DNA of 54,784 nucleotides, filler included, from Sphacelaria rigidula (lineage: Eukaryota), in NCBI GenBank assembly GCA_964200075.2. It is 5 parts of 5 records of this genome, joined end to end, with 100 filler letters (N's around TTAATTAATTAA, not from the genome) between each part and the next. Parts side by side here need not be neighbours in the genome. Positions count along the whole stretch, not along the records: positions 43,911 to 54,784 come from CAXNAA020005754.1; 4 more parts are not named here. One strand, 5' to 3'. Position numbers and translations under genes: made by a program. A model generated the notes under the pieces. It was not told the DNA's origin and searched no databases. It saw nothing but the letters and a program-made list of their open reading frames with translations. Shown piece by piece: positions 47,355 to 54,784 of this stretch (position 1 is its first letter; the number at the start of each line of letters is the position of its first letter).

Positions 47355-49354
47355 ACCCAATTTGGCGTAACCTGCACATTGTTTTGACGTGTGCTGGTTT
47401 CTGATCAGCTTGGACACGAGAAAGGAACGGCAGTGCACCGCCCCTGGATGCAGTGGTCTTGTCTGTTTGTTTTTGGTACGTGCGAAATCTTGGAAACTTG
47501 GTATCGGCGACTTCGGTTTATGTCTGGGCAAAACAATGCAAACGATTTATCCTCGCAGAAAAGATGCCTGAAAATGGTGCTTGATAACGCGTGTGACCGA
47601 CCTACAACATATTCATGTCGTGCTGCGGAGACGACGTTTGCTGTAGGATGGGCTCACGCTTAAGGATACGGCTTGTTGCGGTTATTATATCGTTGCGGGT
47701 TAGTAAGTCGAGGTTGAGTCAGTTTTTACCCTTCAGGGGGCGAAGTAAAACTCGTCAACCTTGACGGATGCTCCTCATGTGGGAGCTGTCGTGTGCTCCT
47801 GGTTTGGGAAGATTCGGATTCGTTTCGAATCAGTGCAGACATTCGCCCACTTAAAGTTTTGAGAGACAAGTCGAGCTACATGATTCACTACATAGCGCGG
47901 TAATATCGGCGTGATAGTCGGTGTGAGTACTCGGCCTGGTATGAAAAAGACAGATTCGTGCTGTGAGAAGCCCAGGCTAAGACTTGTGAAAACAACAACA
48001 GCGGAATACTGCGTGGGGCTCAACTATTGTGGCGCATGCATCCATTTTCCATATATAATACAAAAGGAAAAACAGTTTCCAACACTCAGGATTGGGAGTT
48101 TTTAGCCTCCACTCCACATAGAGTCCCTTCTGGAAGACCCTGCCTGTAGGTGTGCGACGGCTTCCAAATGTGCAGCAACGCTATGCTACCGGGGACGTGC
48201 CAAGCTAAGGAACGTTCTGAGCTCGAGCCTACCATGAAGATTAGGAGCCTATGATGGTACGGTTGGAAACAACAGGCCGTTATTCGCCAAGTCATACTTG
48301 CTCGCACCATGTCACTCCGAGAAAAAAAGGCCAGAAGTGTGTTGCTCACTACGACATATTTTTCTCACACCCCCGCACGGGAATGTTCTTTGTGCTGGCA
48401 AAAGCAGCCAGCAAGCAATTTGGCCCCTGCCGAAGGTCCTCCTTACGCGCGCGAAATTTACTCCACAACATATACACGAACGACAAGGTGTACTGCACTA
48501 CCCCATGATTTCGACCGCGCACACTCAGAACGCACCCGGAGCGGACATGAAAAACATCTATTTCATGCACTCTCCATAGCACATCGGCGGCAAACCCTGA
48601 CATAACCCCAACCGCCGAGTGAGATATTTGACAGCGAGTAGCATTTTCACTCGAAGCGCGCACGATGTAAGTCAACAGGTCTTAGTCGTTTGAATCCAGG
48701 CGACCACCTCGGACTCGTTCGTAACAAGACGAACTCTGCGAAGGCCGCAGCCTTCCGCATCCAAACAGAAAAACGCCGACCTGTCACGAGACAGACATCC
48801 TGCAGACCAAACATGTACTATGTGCGACGCAACAGATCTCTCCTACACCACCCTTTGGATTTCTTCAACAAAACTCTATACATCCTGGGAACCAACAACA
48901 TAAATATTCCACACGCCCAGCTATCTTGTTCCACCCCTCTCTCTATTACCCCTTGGCAAAGTCTCTACAGAGCAGGTTTCTGCGGAGAGTTCTTGAGGCA
49001 GCGCATGAGGTACCTACAATCAGGAAAAAGGCGGGGGGAATGCATGCGACGACGGACAAGTAGACGATATTAGGCCGGTGGAGCAATGATCCATCGCATG
49101 TTACCACAAGGGACGCTATGTGGCTTCGCTCTCAACGACTTTATACCTCGAGAGCACACCAACAACAAGAAAGACGTGGCTTGCATCAGCTGCTCTACTT
49201 CGAGTCTTAGCAACGAGTCTTCAGCAGGCAATCCAACAATATATACCCAAATTCTCGTCTCGAGTATCTTCCGTCAGTGAACGCCACCTACCAATTACGC
49301 CAGCAAACACTACAATCATCATCATCGCAGCCTGTGGCCGAACACAGAGCAATC

Positions 49355-49462
49355 GAGACTTCAACCTGGACCCTGACCCGAACGCTGGATTAAACCTCTA
49401 CCCAATACTGTTGGTACCCGGGTCCCTAACCGTATCGCTAATCCTACTCCTGACTTTAGCTC
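49355..49462 (+). repeat. Degenerate (CCCTAA)n-like interstitial repeat
   Basis: cctggaccctgacccgaacg...ccctaaccgtatcgctaatcctactcctgac. Confidence 0.4.
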
Positions 49463-50079
49463 GCCTCCAAGAACTCACTTGTAAATGTAGGCGCCATTGG
49501 GTTCGGCGAGATCAGCAGTGAAAACCCACTCGAACACATCGAATGCGATGCGAGATCTACGTCCATCTCCTTCCATTTCGAGCGTCAACCTCTCTTGCAC
49601 GACGGCGTTTCGCTTGTGAGCAAGCTGTGAGGGGCGGAAATACCGGAAGGGAACAAACGAACAGGGAGCGCCAAATGAGCTGAACTCCGAACTCTTGCAC
49701 GCAGCTGTGTTTCCCTCGATGGTAGTTATACCTTGCCAGGAGCCCTGTGCTTGTGCAGGGAATGGAACCGACATCATTAAGTAAGATCTGATCGTGGAAA
49801 GTAAGAGTACCCAGTAAGCTGAAAGTGTAAAAATACCCGGCTTTACGACGTGGCGCACCTAGTATTTGATCGTTGGTGCTCACTTTTAGTCAGGTCCTCG
49901 TCTTGATATGTAGTCCATGGTTTCAGTTTATATTCATTTACATTATCCCATGCGTTCAACCTTCACCCCCGCTCCCGCCCTTGGGACGACCCCGTAGTCT
50001 TAAAGAGCCGAACCGATTTCTCCTCCCATACCTGCGGTACAATTTCCTGGTTGAGCATTGCAGTTACACTACCACAACT

Positions 50080-50395
50080 CGTCCATTTTTATATATTATT
50101 TTGTTACCTTTTGTTGCCGTGCGTTTCGCGACAAAAAACAATAAGCATATCTGTGCTTTGCTTGTGTTGACTTTTTTATTACTTTTTTATTACTTTTTTA
50201 TTACTTTAGTTGTTACGAGTTCGTCTGTTATGTCGTTCTGTTCGAGTTTTTGTCTTTTCTTTCTGTTCCTTCTTTTCTTCTGAGCTTGTTTCAGTTTCGT
50301 TTTCTTGGGTACGTCTATCATGTGGATAATGACCGCGGCTGGACCCCTGGGGGGTCAGTTAAGGTGCGACAATCAACCAATCAATCAATCAATAT
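50080..50395 (+). mobile_element. Non-LTR retroelement 3' end (T-rich tract, GACCGCGGCTGGA...GGTGCGACAATCAA, (CAAT)n tail)
   Basis: Related to the minus-strand copies at 25148-25630. Confidence 0.5.
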
Positions 50396-52905
50396 CGCTA
50401 CATTCGGAACGCGAACCCAGACTGGTCCATGATGCATATGCTTCACCACCGGGGCGCGGCGGCATGTGTTCCCGATATCATAATTCTATGTGTACGATGA
50501 ATAGCGCCCCCTCGTATTGTAGCACATCTTGTTACCTGTGTCTAGAACGGATTGTATAGGTTGATTCAATTATTCTACTCTAAATAAACATCGCAGGACA
50601 GCCAGGGATACTGCTTCTCTCAATACGGCTTCAAAAGTTGAGTAACAGTGGATTGTCGGGCTGCTTCCCCTGTACACATCCCGTGTTTTCAAGGGACTTC
50701 CGAAGCGAAAAAAACAACAACGCGGGGAACTCTGTGCACTTTTCACTTCCACTTGAGCTCAGAAAAACAGTGAGCCCCGCAACGAATTTGATTGTCCAGC
50801 ATTCCCGCACGTTGTCGGAACGTTCCCTCCCGTGGTCTATGAGACAGATGCAAAAGTCCACCATCCGTCGGCGAAGCTGGTGGTTCGATTACTGGAGAAA
50901 GCATAGCGTTTCTTCTCACAATATTGGGAAACCAGAAAGTGCGTGAGAAGAAATTGCAGCGGCAAGCGACAATATTCCCCCAACACGTATACCGTGCCGA
51001 CGTGGAGTTTCAACGTTGTCGAGCGCTTGGAAGTACCGCCGGCATCGCATGGTAGGATGACCCACAGTGTCGCCGAGATATCTCACATGCTATACTAACA
51101 TTAGCGGCAATACTAGCCTTGATCCGGATAGCTACGCCGTCGTGGGTCATGGTGGGAACCTAGTGGATTGCACCCCAAAATCGTAGTGTACGCATGATGT
51201 GTGAGATTGAGAAACGCTACCATTGCTAGGTATATGGTGTCGGCGTGTCTCAATAAACCAAGAAGAGATGTGAGCTGCCATAGTTTTATTGTTCGTGTAT
51301 ATTACTTTCAGATACCTCTGAGTTTCTGAACGCAAGAAGTTTTGTTTGATCCTTGCAACGTCGCGAGAAATGCATGACAATCGCCGGCGACTCGGGGAAA
51401 CAACCCGAAACGGTAACATCTCTGCTAGCTCGTCCTAGTTGAAAGGCCGCCTCCGAGCCGTCCCCATGTGATACTAGCACGGAAAGCTTTCCTGCTCCTT
51501 CCGCCCCGTCTACATCCGCCGCGATTCCGCTAGTACCGCCAACAACCCTTGCATCTCCCCTCCTTTCCTAACTGCCAAGTGTTAACGGCGATCCTGGACC
51601 GGGCACGATTTCCTCAATCCATCGGGTCGGATCGCCTTTCCCGCCGGCCTCCCCTCCCACACCTCAGTTGTTCACCTCCCCGCAATCGCCGACGCCACTA
51701 CGGGTCCGATCGGAGGGAGAGACAAGCTGTCTGCGTGGTATCTACTCCTGCTCCTACAAACACAGACAAAAATCCCCACCATCAAAACAAACCCCGAGAC
51801 TGGTGGCTGTCCGTCTAAGTACTTCATATTATTATATGTATACTCGAAATGATACAGGGTAAGACCTATAAAAACATTCAGCAAGCAATAAGCGAACGTG
51901 TCGTCGAACAATAGGGCCGTTTCAAAGATTGAGATCAGCAAACAGATTACCCGCTAGCTTTCGGTTCCAACCTGCCCACGTCCTTTTCAGGATAAGCCCC
52001 CCCCCCCCCCCTACCACCCCCCGCTCCCCCTTCATGCCCGACACAATCGACAAACCTTCGGCTCGTCCAAAACCTTCCAGCCGTCGGTACACTCGAGTGG
52101 TCGCCCATAGGGGACTGACTCGTTGGATGAAACGGTAAATGAACACGTGAGCGAAGAACCCGGCTTCAATTTGGTGAACAGTCGGGGGTTCTCCGTGGAG
52201 TAGGTATGTATACTTCAGTGGTGCAAATCTTTCACTTAAGCCCTTCGACCGCGCAAGAGAATAAACTACCACGAGTGACGCATTTTTCCCACGTGGACAA
52301 TACGAGCGGATTATTTACGCGAATTCGGCAAATGGACATCAGCGATGTCGAGGTCAAGCAATCAAACATATAGTGAGCATCCGACCGTCCCGGACCACCA
52401 TTCGTGAGATGTTTCTTGTGGGAGCAAACCTCACACAGTAAAAACGCCACACAACAAAACGGCACTTGGATTCGACACCCTGGCGATGAACCGTTCGGCG
52501 TAGAAGAGTCAGGACATGTGTGTCGGTGTTCTTAGACGTTTATCCCCCCACTAGCATTCGCAAGCGCAATGGCAACACTATAGATCGTCGCATGAGTGAC
52601 ATAGGTATTTTAGGGCAGACACTTAAAAGTACAGTATACACAAATGTTTAATGTAAAGCTGGTTATGCATCACCCACGACATCAATGTGCAACACAGTGA
52701 AACGGGAAGCCCCGAAACATGGATAAACTAGAACATCGGCGTATCAACTGGCAATCCTGACACTGAGTTTCCGCTAGTCGTTACATACTTTCTGGCTTTG
52801 TCCAGTGAGGTTGCTGATTTATTTTCTAATGGTCATTCTGTGCGATATGTGTACAGCGGCATGTGTGTGTGTGTGTTTGTTTATACCATGCGTTTGTTGA
52901 CTTGC

Positions 52906-54138
52906 CTTATTGAGCCAGGCGGGCACGAAGAAGTTCCTGAGGTCTTCCCTCATAGCCGCCAGGATCTTGAGCATAGTCATAACGTACTCTTCCTGTCGGT
53001 ATACATACAGTACACATGCACATGTACACATGCACATGTATACATAGCATAGCCACACCACAGCACCAACACGACGATACTAGCATTCAGTTGACACCCA
53101 AAACAAACAGTGCACACCCATGTATCAGGAAGTCATGCGAGCAGCTGCAAGTGTTGTCCAACATGTTATTTTCACTGAAGAATCAAACATCGGCAACCAG
53201 TGTATATCATCTCCGCCATACCTTACCATCGCCATGTGTCACAAATGAAATTCGATCTTCGGTCAATACACGGAAAAAATGCCTGTGGACATGGTTTATT
53301 CTGAAACAGAGTATGAGTACATCAATTCCGACCTTGAGGATCGAGTGTGTGGCCTACACCCACGGCATGAATTGTACGAGGTATTGTAAGCACTAAGATA
53401 CGGCCTTTGCAGCGTTGAGGCTCCGGGCTCGACAACAGGATGCTTACAACGGGATGCTGATGGGTGCGAACAAACGTGACAACAAGTATAACTTGAACGC
53501 GTACATTTTTCGTACGCGCCACCATTTGGAGTGTTCCGTGCGTCCTTACGTAACGACCCACACATGTGGCGTAAGATTGGTGGCGGTTTATGCCAAACAA
53601 AGACGTGCGGAGGGTTGCCGCTTTTTTTTATCCCCTCTGGACACGCCACAGATGCCGCACGTGCAGGAGAATATGACGCTACGCTATACAGGATCGCTTA
53701 TGCTGAATGCGAGCAAAACTGAATACATGAGGTATCAAGGCAGCGCGGCATCTTCGTTCCTGCCGATGAAGACGCTCGGCATCATCAACGTGCCATCACT
53801 ACCGACTTATCTCCAGTCTCTCGGTGCAAGACCCCACAAAACACTGGTGCAACTCTAAGCTCATCATCGGACATTTGCTGGATTTTTCTATAGTCCACTA
53901 CTGCACTCGTACTGCGTTCCCGGATGTTCGGCGTCGATAAATATTTAACATCTTGGTATATGCGACAGTCTCCTCTTACCTTCCCCCTGTGTCGTTCGAG
54001 GACGTCGACAAACACCGCCTGCTGAATGATCTCCGGTTTTTCAGTCAGGAATATCAATGCTTCTCTTAGATGGAAAACACTGGACATAACCGCAGGCCCG
54101 TATTGGGACAGGTGTTGCTCCATGGTGTCCACATCAAT
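52906..54138 (-). CDS. Internal exons of a helical protein, tentatively exocyst Sec6/EXOC3-like C-terminus; exons 54138-53980 and 52992-52906; a next exon may start at 52242
   Basis: Clean phase-0 exons (cag|ATT...AAG|gtaaga; cag|GAA...AAG|gcaagt) give IDVDTMEQHL...HLREALIFL.EKPEII...DVLERHRGKEEYVMTMLKILAAMREDL. The L..R.DL ending recalls Sec6. Coding status is likely; the family call is weak. Confidence 0.55.
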
Positions 54139-54721
54139 CTGTATGCGCTCGAGCTCCTGGAATTATCGCACGATTGTCACGGATTTGGACGACAGCACAA
54201 GACATCAGATTTGCATGTTAGGCGGGAATTCGAATTTTCCCGCCAAATATGCCATTTTTTTTCTCAAATTTGCTTGTTTTTCCGACGCACTACTTCAGTC
54301 TATTATCACGACATCACCCTCTTCGAAACGAATCCGGAGGAATGTCTCGAGAAATGGTGATACCAGGTGGTCGTACATGTGGCGTCACCATTAGGATACT
54401 CAGGGGGTCGCCAACACCTTGAAACAAATCATATTTTCAATTTGGATAATATGACGAGATTTTGAGTCTGAATCGGTGTAGAAAGAAGTCTCACGTCTAG
54501 CGGTTGGATGGCACACCTGTAGTTCAAATTATCGGCACCATTACGGTAAAAGAAGTCAAGTCTCGAACACGTACACGCAAGATGGTGAGCACTCATGAGG
54601 TGTGGGATCACCTTTGTCGGATACCAATGATACGATATGGATCGGCTGAGATTTCTTGGCTGAGAAATAAGGTGGAAGCCCCGAAAGCAGAGCCTGCATC
54701 AAACGATTGGCCGTCGATGAT

Positions 54722-54784
54722 TCATGCTACGATAGGGGGGGGGGGGGGGGGGAGTCATTTTTTGTTTTACCTTGTTTTTTGTCC
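54722..54784 (+). mobile_element. MITE family C left end, cut by the window end
   Basis: TCATGCTACGATAGGGGG matches 45745 and the reverse complement of 46051-46074. Confidence 0.7.

Noticed and set aside
48086-49280. Inverted similarity LPEGTLCG / LPQGTLCG suggesting duplicated retroelement ORF remnants
   Set aside because: The match is only about 20 nt and could not be extended or classified.

Overview
This is eukaryotic, intron-rich genomic DNA, most likely from a brown alga or related stramenopile (inferred from gene content, intron style and repeat landscape). It is not one locus. It is five contigs of 10879, 10878, 10877, 10876 and 10874 bp joined by identical 100-bp artificial spacers (N44-TTAATTAATTAA-N44), so neighbourhood across spacers means nothing. 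Contig 1 holds the 3' parts of two convergent genes: a URI1/Bud27-like protein (+) and a PX+TBC Rab-GAP (-). Contig 2 holds a complete RPS29 CDS. Contig 3 holds the pore/TRP-box exons of a TRP-type channel with a GC-AG intron, plus a mariner transposase relic. Contig 4 holds six 3' exons of alkyl-DHAP synthase (AGPS). Contig 5 holds a LINE RT fragment, a PapD-like (SPAG17/PF6-type) C-terminus and a tentative Sec6-like gene. The rest is dense in repeats: a tRNA-derived SINE family, several MITE families, LINE 3' tails and an ACGT-rich element. The most unusual item is an array of three tandem ~115-125 bp hairpins found in two unlinked contigs, whose stems differ in sequence but keep their pairing. 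All gene models were built by hand from splice sites and reading-frame phase; no database searches were run.
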